This document shows positions 18,612-29,905 of a stretch of DNA of 36,936 nt, piece after piece. The translations under genes were made by a program, and so were the position numbers. Under the pieces are notes generated by a model. The model was not told the DNA's origin. It saw only the letters and a program-made list of their open reading frames with translations, and made no database searches. Every line of letters starts with the position of its first letter. The stretch's first letter is position 1. Source of the stretch: Myxococcota bacterium (GTDB lineage Bacteria; Myxococcota_A; UBA9160; UBA4427); the NCBI GenBank assembly GCA_036336835.1, contig JAYZFK010000001.1, positions 1-36,936 on the forward strand, read 5' to 3'.

Positions 18612-21428
18612 ATGTCTGACGACGAGATGATCGAGCTCGAGATCGACGGACGCGCGGTCCGCGTGCCCCGCGGTACCACGTTGTGGGACGCGGCGCAGGT
18701 CGTGGGCTGCGACATCCCGGTGCTCTGCCACGACCCGCGTCTGGCGCCGGTCGGTGTGTGTCGCATCTGCGTCGTCGACGTTGGCGAACGCGTGCTCGCC
18801 GCGGCGTGCGTGCGAGAGTGCGAGCCCGGCATGCAGGTGAAGACGGTCAGCGACGAGATCGAGCGTCACCGCAAGCAGCTGACGGAGCTACTGATGGCGG
18901 ATCAGCCCGCCGTGTCGGACGATGCTCGCGAGCAGGCGCTGGGGGATGGTGCGCTGCGCGCTCTCGCACGGCACTACGACGCCGACGGCAGCTCGCTGCC
19001 GGCCGCTCGACCGGCGAGGCACGCTCGCGATGCGAGCTCAGCCGTCATCGCGGTCGATCACGCCGCCTGCATCCTGTGCGATCGCTGCATCCGGGCCTGT
19101 GACGAGCTGCAGAACAACGAGGTGCTCGGCCGCACTGGGAAGGGCTACGCGGCAGGCATCGCCTTCGATCTGGATACGCCGATGGGCGAGAGCACGTGCG
19201 TGTCGTGCGGCGAGTGTGCTGCCGTGTGCCCCACTGGCGCGCTGGTCGACAAGCCGCTGGCGGGCGCACTGCAGCCCCGCGCCGAGCTCGAGGCTGTCGA
19301 CAGCACCTGTCCCTACTGCGGGGTCGGCTGTGCTCTGACCTACCACGTCGAGCGCGAAGCGAACCGGATCGTGTTCGCCGAGGGCCGCGAGAGCCCGGGC
19401 AGTCAGCAGCGACTCTGCGTGAAGGGTCGCTACGGCTGGGACTACGCCTCCCATCCGCAGCGGCTCCGGGTTCCGCTGATCCGACGCGAATCCGCCTACC
19501 CGAAGGGCGCGTTGTCCCGAGACGTGCGGGAAAAAGAGCACCGACGCCGCAAGCCCGGAGGCCTGGTCGACTACGACGAGGTGCTGCCGGCCTTCCGCGA
19601 GGCCAGTTGGGACGAAGCGCTGGAGGTCGTCGCAAGCCGGCTCGCGGGGATTCGCGACGACCACGGGCCCTCGGCGCTGGCCGGCTTCGGCAGCGCCAAG
19701 TGCTCGAACGAAGAGGCCTACCTGTTCCAGAAGCTGGTGCGGACCGCGTTTGGCACCAACAACGTCGACCACTGCACGCGCCTGTGCCACGCCTCGAGCG
19801 TAGCCGCGCTGCTCGAGGGCATCGGTAGCGCTGCCGTCACCACGACCTACGGTGATATCGCGAACGCGGGCTGCGCGCTGATCGCGGGCTCGAACACGAC
19901 CGCCAATCACCCGGTGGCTGCAACCTTCTTCAAGCAGGCGCGGAAGGCCGGCACGCAGTTGATCGTGGTCGATCCGCGCCGCGCCGACATTGCGGACCAC
20001 GCGGACTGGTACTGCCGCATCAAGCCCGGCACCGACGTCGCTTTCTACAACGCGATGATGCACGTGATCATCGAGGCAGGTCTCGCCGACCGCGACTACA
20101 TCGAGCGCCACACGGAGGGCTACGAGGCGCTGCGCGAGCTGGTTGTGGACTACCCGCCCGAACGAGCCGCCAGCATCTGTGGCGTCGACGCCGAGACGCT
20201 GCGCGAGGTCGCGCTCGCGTTCGCCCGCGCGGACCAGGCGATCATCTTCTGGGGCATGGGCATCTCACAGCATGTCTATGGGACCAACAACGCGCGCTGC
20301 TTGATCGCGCTGGCGCTGCTCACTGGCAACATCGGCAAGCCCGGATCCGGACTGCATCCCCTGCGCGGGCAGAACAACGTGCAAGGCGCGAGCGACTCAG
20401 GGCTGATTCCGATGGTCTACCCCGACTATCAAGCGGTCGGCGACCCGGAGACCCGCGAGAAATTCGAGCGCGCCTGGGGACGCGAACTTGATCCGAATCC
20501 GGGTTTGACCGTGGTCGAGATCGTGCACTCCGCGCTCGAGGGCCGGATCAACGGCATGTACATCATGGGCGAGAATCCCTTCCTGTCCGACCCCAACGTG
20601 AACAAGGTGCGCCGGGCACTCGCCAACCTCGACTTCCTGGTGGTGCAGGACATTTTCCTGACCGAGACGGCGGAGTTCGCGGACGTGATCTTGCCAGCGA
20701 GCTCCTACCTCGAGAAGCTCGGCACCTATACCAACACTGACCGCCGCGTGCAGATCGGGAGACCGGTGCTCCGCCTGCCTGGCGAGGCGCGCTTCGACTG
20801 GGAGATCCTGTGCGACGTCGCGACGCGCATGGGCTACCCGATGCAGTACGGCTCGCCGTCCGAGATCTTCGACGAGTTCGCGGCGCTGACGAGCGCCTAT
20901 CACACGTTCACCTACGACAATCTCGGCGCGACGGGCAAGCTGTGGCCCAACCCGGATCCCGAGCACGACGACGGGCCCGTGGTGTTGTTCAGCGAGGGCT
21001 TCCCGACGGCGAACGGGCGCGCAAAGTTCGTCCCGGCGGAGTGGACGGCGGCGCCCGAGCTGCCCGACGCGGACTATCCGCTGGTGCTGAACACCGGCCG
21101 GCTGCTCGAGCACTGGCACACGGGCTCGATGACACGGCGCGCCAGGGCGCTCGACGCGATCGAGCCCGCGGCGCAGCTTTATCTGCACCCCGACGACGCG
21201 CGGGAGCGGGGCATCTCCGAGGGAGACGAGGTCCGCATCGCGAGCCGGCGGGGCAGTGTCTGTTGCACAGCCCAGCTCAGCACACGCGATCAACAGGGGG
21301 CGGTCTTCCTGCCGTTCCACTTTCGCGAAGCGGCGGCCAACCTGCTTACCCTCGACGAGCTCGACCCGGACGGCAAGATCCCGGGGTTCAAGTTCTGTGC
21401 GGTCGAGGTCGAGCGCATCGCGGACTGA
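18612..21428 (+). CDS. fdhF: Formate dehydrogenase alpha subunit (Mo/W-bisMGD, Cys-type, FdsA/FdhF-like)
   Basis: IPVLCH..CRIC, CILCDRCIRAC, CVSCGECAAVCPTG, CPYCGVGC, NNVDHCTRLCH, PLRGQNNVQG, TGRLLEHWHTGSMTRR. Confidence 0.95.
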   Translation: MSDDEMIELEIDGRAVRVPRGTTLWDAAQVVGCDIPVLCHDPRLAPVGVCRICVVDVGERVLAAACVRECEPGMQVKTVSDEIERHRKQLTELLMADQPAVSDDAREQALGDGALRALARHYDADGSSLPAARPARHARDASSAVIAVDHAACILCDRCIRACDELQNNEVLGRTGKGYAAGIAFDLDTPMGESTCVSCGECAAVCPTGALVDKPLAGALQPRAELEAVDSTCPYCGVGCALTYHVEREANRIVFAEGRESPGSQQRLCVKGRYGWDYASHPQRLRVPLIRRESAYPKGALSRDVREKEHRRRKPGGLVDYDEVLPAFREASWDEALEVVASRLAGIRDDHGPSALAGFGSAKCSNEEAYLFQKLVRTAFGTNNVDHCTRLCHASSVAALLEGIGSAAVTTTYGDIANAGCALIAGSNTTANHPVAATFFKQARKAGTQLIVVDPRRADIADHADWYCRIKPGTDVAFYNAMMHVIIEAGLADRDYIERHTEGYEALRELVVDYPPERAASICGVDAETLREVALAFARADQAIIFWGMGISQHVYGTNNARCLIALALLTGNIGKPGSGLHPLRGQNNVQGASDSGLIPMVYPDYQAVGDPETREKFERAWGRELDPNPGLTVVEIVHSALEGRINGMYIMGENPFLSDPNVNKVRRALANLDFLVVQDIFLTETAEFADVILPASSYLEKLGTYTNTDRRVQIGRPVLRLPGEARFDWEILCDVATRMGYPMQYGSPSEIFDEFAALTSAYHTFTYDNLGATGKLWPNPDPEHDDGPVVLFSEGFPTANGRAKFVPAEWTAAPELPDADYPLVLNTGRLLEHWHTGSMTRRARALDAIEPAAQLYLHPDDARERGISEGDEVRIASRRGSVCCTAQLSTRDQQGAVFLPFHFREAAANLLTLDELDPDGKIPGFKFCAVEVERIAD

Positions 21429-21441
21429 ACGGGCCGTTCAG
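21425..21441. terminator. Inverted repeat spanning both stop codons of convergent genes, possible bidirectional terminator
   Basis: CTGAACGG-g-CCGTTCAG includes TGA 21426-21428 and TCA 21438-21440. No U tract. Confidence 0.35.
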
Positions 21442-22502
21442 CCGGCGGCGAGCAGCTCGCGCAGGTAGCGCACCGGGAAGTGGTTCTCGAGCGCGGCTTC
21501 GTCGATGTCGGCACCCTGCGCCTGCATCCGGCGCATCACCTTGAGCGCGACCGATCCGCGCCAGAAGGTTGCGAACACCAGGTGGTAGTGGAAGTGGCGG
21601 ACCCGTTGGCCACTCGAGCGTTCGTAGAGACCGATCAGCTCGTTCTCATCCGGTGTGCCTTCGAGACAGGCGCGCGCGCCGTCCTGCGCGCGCAGGTCGG
21701 ACACGCGCAGGGAGGCCAGGTCGGCGCCGGGGTCGCCGATCGAAGCCAGCTCCCAGTCGATGACTGCCGCGACATCGTGCGAATCGCGGTCGTACAGGAT
21801 GTTGCCGAGCTTGGCGTCGCCCCAGCACAGTGCGATTCGCTCGGGCTCCGGACGATGCTGTTCGAGCCAGTCGAGCGCTTCGTCGAACGTCGCGATTGTC
21901 TCGGCGGGATCGCCCTTGATCCAGTCGTCGAGGTAGCGACGCCAGTAGCCGAGTGCGTGCGTCGCGGGGTCTTCGGCGCTGCCGCCACCGGGCACGAAGG
22001 TGAGGTCGAGCTTCTGCCAGTCGGCGTCGTGCTGGCGCGCCAGCGCCTCGACGGTCGAGCGCCACATGTGTCGGCGCTCTTCGGGAGTGGCGTCCCGGTA
22101 GAAGCCGCCGCCGTGGTAGGGCGGGAAGTCGAGCGGCGCCTCGCCGTCCACCGCCTTCATCGTCAGGAAGGGAACGCCGAGCACGCTCGGATCCTCCTCG
22201 AGCCACAGCACCTCGGGGACGGGAACCTCGGTGTGCTCGCCGAGCGCGCGCATCACGCCAAACTGCATCCCGAGGTCGTACTCGGGGAAGGGTGCGTCCC
22301 CACTCGGTGCGCAGCGCAGCACAGCGTCGAGGCGGCGCTCGCTCCCGTCCTCTCTCCAGCTGGCGCTGAACAGCTGCGTGTCGCTCGACTCGCCGGCGCC
22401 GGGCTTGTGCAGCGCTGACAGCTGGAGCGCGCTCGCGCCGGGGATGCGGTCCGAGAGCCACTCCGTCAGACGAGCGTGAAGATCGGTCTGTTCACCCGGC
22501 AT
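21438..22502 (-). CDS. Aminoglycoside phosphotransferase (APH)-family kinase, ACAD10/11 N-terminal-like
   Basis: GAGESSDT, VLRCAP, VPVPEV, LGVPF, CWGDAKLGNIL, AVIDWELASIGDP. Start placed at ATG 22502, which removes the overlap with the divergent gene. Confidence 0.9.
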   Translation of the reverse strand: MPGEQTDLHARLTEWLSDRIPGASALQLSALHKPGAGESSDTQLFSASWREDGSERRLDAVLRCAPSGDAPFPEYDLGMQFGVMRALGEHTEVPVPEVLWLEEDPSVLGVPFLTMKAVDGEAPLDFPPYHGGGFYRDATPEERRHMWRSTVEALARQHDADWQKLDLTFVPGGGSAEDPATHALGYWRRYLDDWIKGDPAETIATFDEALDWLEQHRPEPERIALCWGDAKLGNILYDRDSHDVAAVIDWELASIGDPGADLASLRVSDLRAQDGARACLEGTPDENELIGLYERSSGQRVRHFHYHLVFATFWRGSVALKVMRRMQAQGADIDEAALENHFPVRYLRELLAAG

Positions 22503-22511
22503 GGGCGCACC

Positions 22512-22519
22512 AGTATACT
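22512..22519. promoter_or_regulatory. Palindromic bidirectional -10 element
   Basis: AGTATACT gives TATACT on both strands inside a 23-bp gap between divergent ATGs at 22502 and 22526. Confidence 0.6.
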
Positions 22520-22525
22520 CAGACG

Positions 22526-23653
22526 ATGCTGACACCGATGGACGACACGCTGTGGCATACGCTTCCGACGACATTCGACCACGTCGCGACCAGTGATCCC
22601 CGGTTCTTCGACCGCTACTGGTTCGCTGCCAGCGATCCCGCTGGCGGTGGAACCCTCCAGCTCACGCTTGGCGTCTACAACAACATGAACGTCGTCGATG
22701 CCGGGTTCGTCGCGATCCGCGACGGGCGCCAGCACAACGTGCGCGCATCGCGCTCGTTGCGGCCGCGCTTCGAGTCGAGCTGCGGGCCGCTGCGGGTCGA
22801 GCTGCTCGAGCCGCTCCGCCGCGCGCGTCTGATCGTCGAGGGAGGCGCACACGCCGTCGCCGCCGATCTCGAGTGGGCGAGCAGTCTTCCGGCGCAGGAG
22901 GAGGCCGCCCGCTTCACGCGAGTGCGCGGCCGGGTGGTCGAGGAGTCGCGTCGCTTCGACCAGATCGGAGAGTGCAGCGGCTGGCTCGAGCTCGCCGGCG
23001 AGCGCATCGAGCTCGAGCGCTGGTGGGCGACGCGCGACCACTCGTGGGGTGTGCGCGAGAACATGGGCATCGCCGAGCCGGTGACCGGTCCCCCGGCACC
23101 GCCTGGTGCGGGCACGCTGTTCGCCTTCCTGTTCTTCTCGACCGAGACCTACGGCGGGCATGTTCAGCTCGCGCAGTTCGCGGGACGCCCGGACTACCTG
23201 ACAGCTGAAATTGCGAGTCGCGCGCGACCGGCCGAGGGGGTCGAGATCGCGGGCGCATCGCTGGACGTGAAGTTCTACGACACCGCCCGTCCGCGCCGCT
23301 TCCGCACCGCTCGCTTCGACGCCCAGCTCGCGGACGGGCGCGCTCTGGAGATCGACACCGAGGCGCTGTGCCCGGCGGTCGACATGCAGGGCCTCGGCTA
23401 CAGCGGCGGGTACCAGGATGGGCGGGGACTCGGTGTCTGGCGTGGCGAGGAGCACGTCGAGCACGACGTGTGGGATGTGAGCCATCCGACGGACGTCGGT
23501 CGTCCCGATGGCAGCGTCGCGCGGCCCATCCATCGAATCCAGCCCGTGCGCGTTTCGCTGCGCGGCGCGGGGCTCGACAGCGACGGTACCGGCAGCCTCA
23601 CGCTGATCGCAGAGGGCGACCTGCCGCAGCTCGGGCTCGGGCCGAGCGACTAG
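22526..23653 (+). CDS. Conserved hypothetical beta-rich protein (tocopherol-cyclase/CrtC-like fold suspected)
   Basis: MLTPMDD..H, SDPRFFDRYWF, GVYNN, RFDQIG and TRDHSWGVR; a pattern I associate with proteins encoded next to APH-family genes. Confidence 0.7.
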   Translation: MLTPMDDTLWHTLPTTFDHVATSDPRFFDRYWFAASDPAGGGTLQLTLGVYNNMNVVDAGFVAIRDGRQHNVRASRSLRPRFESSCGPLRVELLEPLRRARLIVEGGAHAVAADLEWASSLPAQEEAARFTRVRGRVVEESRRFDQIGECSGWLELAGERIELERWWATRDHSWGVRENMGIAEPVTGPPAPPGAGTLFAFLFFSTETYGGHVQLAQFAGRPDYLTAEIASRARPAEGVEIAGASLDVKFYDTARPRRFRTARFDAQLADGRALEIDTEALCPAVDMQGLGYSGGYQDGRGLGVWRGEEHVEHDVWDVSHPTDVGRPDGSVARPIHRIQPVRVSLRGAGLDSDGTGSLTLIAEGDLPQLGLGPSD

Positions 23654-23739
23654 GAGCTCGACTCGAGACCCTCGTGACGGACGGCTGGCGTGGTCGCCCA
23701 CGGCTACGCCACCCTCGTCCTGTGGCGACCCGTGGTCTC

Positions 23740-24801
23740 GTGCGCTGGCGGCTGCCGATGCTGGCAGCTCTCTACCTCGTCATCTTCCTCGCTTTCGACC
23801 TCGCCTACTCACAGTGGGTGCTGCCGCCGGTTGCCGCCGATGCGCGCAGGCCGCACGCGATCGAGCACCCGGTACACCACCACGACCTGGCGCCGCTCGT
23901 CGTAGACAGTCCCGACCGCTGGGGACCACTCGACTTTCGCGTCACGACCAACTCGCTGGGCTTTCGGGACAGCGAGCCTCGCGAGGTTCCGCTCCGCTCG
24001 GATCGTCGACGCATCCTGCTGCTGGGCGATTCATTCACCTTCGGCGTCGGCTACGGCTACCGCCATACTTTCGCCCACCGCTTCGGCGAGTGGATGCGCG
24101 GGCGTGGCGTCGAGGTCCTCAATGCGGCCGTCGTCTCCTACTCGCCCGTGATCCACGTGCGCAAGCTGGAGCACTTGCTGGTGGACGTCGGGCTCGAGGT
24201 GGACGAGGTGATCGTGTTCCTCGACGTCTCCGATACCAAGAACGACGCGCTCGACTACCAGGTGGATGAGCGCGGCCGTGTCGTGTTCGCCGACGATCGG
24301 CGGCTGTCGCGTGTGCTGGCGCGTCGCCTGCCGCTGTCGTCCGGGCTCGCGGCCTGGGCCGGGCGTGTGATTGGCACGAGCCACACGGATGCCGAGGGCT
24401 GGAGCACGCGGGGCAGCGCCGCCGGGATGTGGACCATCGACGACGCGCTGTACGAGGCCTGGGGGCGGCGCGGCCAGGAGACGATGGCGCGGAACATGGA
24501 TGCTTTGCGGGCCATCGCCTCCGAGCGCGGGATCGGTCTCAGCGTCGCCGTCTACCCGTGGCCGGATCAGATCCTGCACGGCGACCTCGACTCGCGGCAG
24601 GTCCGATTCTGGCGGGCGTGGTGCGGCGAACGCGACGTGCGCTTCCTGGACTTCTTTCCCGATTTCGTCAGCGCGAGCGAAGCCGAGAATCGGGCGGTCG
24701 TCGAGCGCTACTTCATTCCCGACGACATCCACTACAACGCGGCCGGCAACCGCTACTTCGCCGAGCGCCTGATCGAACGCTTCGAGCGTGAGAACGACTG
24801 A
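23740..24801 (+). CDS. Membrane-anchored SGNH/GDSL hydrolase-like protein
   Basis: N-terminal TM helix, TNSLGFRD, LLLGDSFTFG, VLNAAVVSYS, DDIHYNAAG. Start uncertain (GTG 23740 or ATG 23758). Confidence 0.8.
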   Translation: MRWRLPMLAALYLVIFLAFDLAYSQWVLPPVAADARRPHAIEHPVHHHDLAPLVVDSPDRWGPLDFRVTTNSLGFRDSEPREVPLRSDRRRILLLGDSFTFGVGYGYRHTFAHRFGEWMRGRGVEVLNAAVVSYSPVIHVRKLEHLLVDVGLEVDEVIVFLDVSDTKNDALDYQVDERGRVVFADDRRLSRVLARRLPLSSGLAAWAGRVIGTSHTDAEGWSTRGSAAGMWTIDDALYEAWGRRGQETMARNMDALRAIASERGIGLSVAVYPWPDQILHGDLDSRQVRFWRAWCGERDVRFLDFFPDFVSASEAENRAVVERYFIPDDIHYNAAGNRYFAERLIERFEREND

Positions 24802-24896
24802 AGCCTCGGGCCGCCGGAGCCTCGCAACGCGGCGCGAGCCAAAAAGTGCGATTCTCCCGGCTGCGCGCCGACCGCATCCGACCCGAGGAAGCCCCG

Positions 24897-27173
<2,277 letters not shown>

Positions 27174-27218
27174 ACTGGATGCTCACCCCCGATGCCCGGG
27201 GACAGGAGCATCCGAACC

Positions 27219-27812
27219 ATGAGTACCAACGGGCAGCCGACGCTGACCAGGGCCGCGATGGGCATCGAGCCCGGCATCCCGCTGAACACGAGCGAGGGCG
27301 GCGTCGAGGAGCTGCGCCGCGACCTTCAGCGCTTGATGGACATCGAAGCGATCAAGCAGCTCAAGGGCGCCTACTTTCGCTGCATCGACACGGCGAACTT
27401 CGACGAGCTCGCCACCCTGTTTCACGAGGACGTGTCGGTGCACTTCGTCGGCGGCACCTACGAGTGGACGTTGCAGGGCAGCGACGCGTATCTGGAGTCG
27501 ATCAAGAAGTCGTTCACCCGCGAGGCGATCGGGCACCACAACGGCCACCACCCGGAGATCCAGATCCTGAGCGAGAGCGAGGCGACCGGCGTCTGGTACC
27601 TGACGGACAACATGTGGATCCTGAACGCCAAGTTCTTCACCACCGGGACCGCGATCTACTTCGACCGCTATCTCAAGCAGGACGGTCGCTGGGTCATCCG
27701 GGACACGAAGTACCGGCGGATCTACGAGATCAACCAGCCGCTCGACGAGAACCCGCAGCTCTCGACCCACTATCTGGGAAAGTACGGAGCCGAGCCCGCA
27801 CCCGGCGGCTGA
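27219..27812 (+). CDS. NTF2/SnoaL-like family protein (BaiE/scytalone dehydratase-like)
   Basis: DIEAIKQLKGAYFRCID, HHNGHHPEI, ATGVWYL, YFDRYLKQDGRWVI. AGGAG RBS before ATG 27219. Confidence 0.88.
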   Translation: MSTNGQPTLTRAAMGIEPGIPLNTSEGGVEELRRDLQRLMDIEAIKQLKGAYFRCIDTANFDELATLFHEDVSVHFVGGTYEWTLQGSDAYLESIKKSFTREAIGHHNGHHPEIQILSESEATGVWYLTDNMWILNAKFFTTGTAIYFDRYLKQDGRWVIRDTKYRRIYEINQPLDENPQLSTHYLGKYGAEPAPGG

Positions 27813-28770
27813 CGGGGGACCAGCCCGCATCTCGGGGACCCGAGGCGAGCGCTCTCAACCAGCGCTCCAGGGTCGCGAGGACGTCGCGTACGTACATCTC
27901 GTAGTTGTCGTAGCCAAACAGAGCGAAAGCGTGTCCCGCGCCGGGATAGGCCTTTGCGTGACAGTCCACGCCGAGCGCGTTCATTGCCGCGCAGAACTCG
28001 CGTCCGGGTGCGAGCAGCCGGTCGTGCTCGCCGGCCATCACTGCCGTCGGCGGCATGCCGGCGTGCAGGTGAGCGCGCGGTGAGAGCTCGCGGCCGCGCC
28101 CCTCGAACACGTCGTGTGCCTCGCCGAGGAGCAGCACTTCGATCATTCCCCGCTCGCGGGCTCGCGCTTCGAACCGCTCGGAGGCGTCGGCAGAATCGAG
28201 GTAGGGCGCCGAAAGCAGGAGTCCGATCGCGGCCGGGTGGGGCGTCCCGTCGTCACGCGGCAGCGTCACGACGGCCGCTGCGAGGTGAGCGCCCGCGGAG
28301 CTCCCGCCGATTACCAGCTTCGCTGGATCGCCGCCGAGGCTCGTTGCCTCGGCCTGTACCCAGGCGACGGCGTCGCGGCTGTCTTCGAGCTCGTCGGAGT
28401 AGGCGACGCCGTCCTTGCGCTGGAGGCGGTACTCCGGGACGAAGACGGTGTGACCCGCGGCTGCGAGCTGGCTCGCGAGCGGAAAGAGCTCGTCCGGCCA
28501 ACCGCTGTGAAAGCCGCCGCCGTGGAAGAGCACCACGGTTGCGCCGGGCTTCGTATCCGCGTCGCGCCGGAAGACGTGAACCTGCAGCGTCCGAGTCGGC
28601 GTCTGCTTGTAGTCGAGGCTCTCGTCTGGCGGGAAGTCGGGGGCGTACCAGACGATGGTGGCGCCGCTGGTCAGGTTGTCGAGAATTCCCATTCCGTCCG
28701 GGAGCAGGATCCAGCCGAGCACGCCCCCCGCCACCAGCAGGCCGGTCACAGCGATTGCGAGCTTGCGCAT
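27730..28770 (-). CDS. Alpha/beta hydrolase (HGGG-type esterase) with N-terminal signal/anchor
   Basis: FHGGGF, EYRL, GSSAGAHL, GEHD, GAGHAF. GGAGG RBS. The 3' end overlaps the convergent gene by 83 nt. Confidence 0.88.
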   Translation of the reverse strand: MRKLAIAVTGLLVAGGVLGWILLPDGMGILDNLTSGATIVWYAPDFPPDESLDYKQTPTRTLQVHVFRRDADTKPGATVVLFHGGGFHSGWPDELFPLASQLAAAGHTVFVPEYRLQRKDGVAYSDELEDSRDAVAWVQAEATSLGGDPAKLVIGGSSAGAHLAAAVVTLPRDDGTPHPAAIGLLLSAPYLDSADASERFEARARERGMIEVLLLGEAHDVFEGRGRELSPRAHLHAGMPPTAVMAGEHDRLLAPGREFCAAMNALGVDCHAKAYPGAGHAFALFGYDNYEMYVRDVLATLERWLRALASGPRDAGWSPVSRRVRARLRTFPDSGSRAAGSRRAAG

Positions 28771-28833
28771 GGAGCCTCCGCCGCCACACTGCGCCCTCCT
28801 CCGTCCGGTGCGCAGGGCCGCCTCGGGCGGGGG

Positions 28834-29184
28834 TCAGAAGATCCAGCCGTCGGTTCCGTCCGCAGGAAGGCCGTCGGGCAGGTAGAATTCGAATCCGTGA
28901 AGCCTCGCGTAGTGACGGTCGACGTCGGTGTCCCCGATGTGAATGAAGCGGGTCGCCTGGGTGAACCGGCCGCGCACATCGTCGAGCGTGTGCTTGTGCC
29001 CGATGAAATCGAGCTCGATCGCATGCGCGGCGAAGAGCGCACGCTGGTCGCTCTTCACTCGATCGGAGGCGCTCCCGACGATATAGCCGAGCGACTTTGC
29101 CTGGCGCATCCGGTCCAGCCCGATCGGGCCGGCGGGCTCGCCGACCTCGAGTGTGCCGTCGATGTCGAAGCTCACGAGGACCAC
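28834..29184 (-). CDS. Small capless HAD-superfamily hydrolase
   Basis: SFDIDGTL (motif I), GSAS (motif II), K, and HIGDTDVD (motif IV) within 116 aa. Confidence 0.85.
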   Translation of the reverse strand: MVLVSFDIDGTLEVGEPAGPIGLDRMRQAKSLGYIVGSASDRVKSDQRALFAAHAIELDFIGHKHTLDDVRGRFTQATRFIHIGDTDVDRHYARLHGFEFYLPDGLPADGTDGWIF

Positions 29185-29190
29185 GTCCCC

Positions 29191-29219
29191 ACGTTGTGAG
29201 AGGTTCGCCCCTTGCGCAA
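29191..29219 (-). promoter_or_regulatory. Candidate promoter giving a leaderless HAD transcript
   Basis: Minus strand reads TTGCGC, 17-nt spacer, CAACGT, 6 nt, then the GTG start. Confidence 0.4.
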
Positions 29220-29249
29220 CCCACTGCCCCCCAAAGAGGAGTCCGCCCC

Positions 29250-29903
29250 ATGCCCAGTCCCTTCCCGCTCGATGTTACGGATGAGCTGCTCTCGACCACC
29301 CGGGCCGTTCGCAAGCGCCTCGATTTCCAGCGCCCAGTCGAGCGCGAGGTGCTGCTCGACTGTGTCCGCCTTAGCCAGCAGGCACCGACGGGCAGCAACC
29401 AGCAGGGCTGGCACTGGCTGATCGTCACCGACCGCGAAAAGCGCGCGAAGCTCGCCGAGATCTACCGTGCGGTCGCCTCGCAGTATCTCGAGATCGCGCG
29501 TTCCAACATCGCCGAGGACGACCTCCAGACGCAGCGGGTGTACGAGTCGGCGTTCTGGCTGGTCGATCGTCTGGCGGACGTGCCGGTTCACGCGATCCCG
29601 TGCACCGCAGGGAGGCTCCCCGCCGAGGGCTTCGTGAACGCGGGCGGCGCGTCCTTCTATGGCTCGATCTTTCCGGCGGTCTGGAGCTTTCAGCTCGCGC
29701 TGCGCAGCCGCGGGCTGGGTTCGGTGCTCACCACCTTGCACTTGTTCCAGGAGAAGGAGACCGCAGAGCTGCTGGGCATCCCAGAGGATGTGAGTCAGGT
29801 CGCGCTGCTGCCAGTCGCCTATACGGTCGGGACGAAGTTCAAGCGCGCCGCGCGCCCGGCGCCCGAAGCGATCACCTCCTGGGACGCCTGGGGACAGGCC
29901 TAA
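29250..29903 (+). CDS. Nitroreductase family protein
   Basis: LLSTTRAVRKRLD, QAPTGSNQQGWHW, GSIFPAVWSFQLALRSRGLGS. GAGGAG RBS. Confidence 0.92.
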   Translation: MPSPFPLDVTDELLSTTRAVRKRLDFQRPVEREVLLDCVRLSQQAPTGSNQQGWHWLIVTDREKRAKLAEIYRAVASQYLEIARSNIAEDDLQTQRVYESAFWLVDRLADVPVHAIPCTAGRLPAEGFVNAGGASFYGSIFPAVWSFQLALRSRGLGSVLTTLHLFQEKETAELLGIPEDVSQVALLPVAYTVGTKFKRAARPAPEAITSWDAWGQA

Positions 29904-29905
29904 CG

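Noticed and set aside
19785..19787. Possible selenocysteine in the FDH active site
   Set aside because: The codon is TGC (Cys) in NNVDHCTRLCH; there is no in-frame TGA.
21421..21432. CGGACTGAACGG shared by the ends of the FDH gene and the CoA-ligase gene (35850-35861)
   Set aside because: Only 12 bp, mostly explained by both genes ending Asp-TGA; no further similarity.
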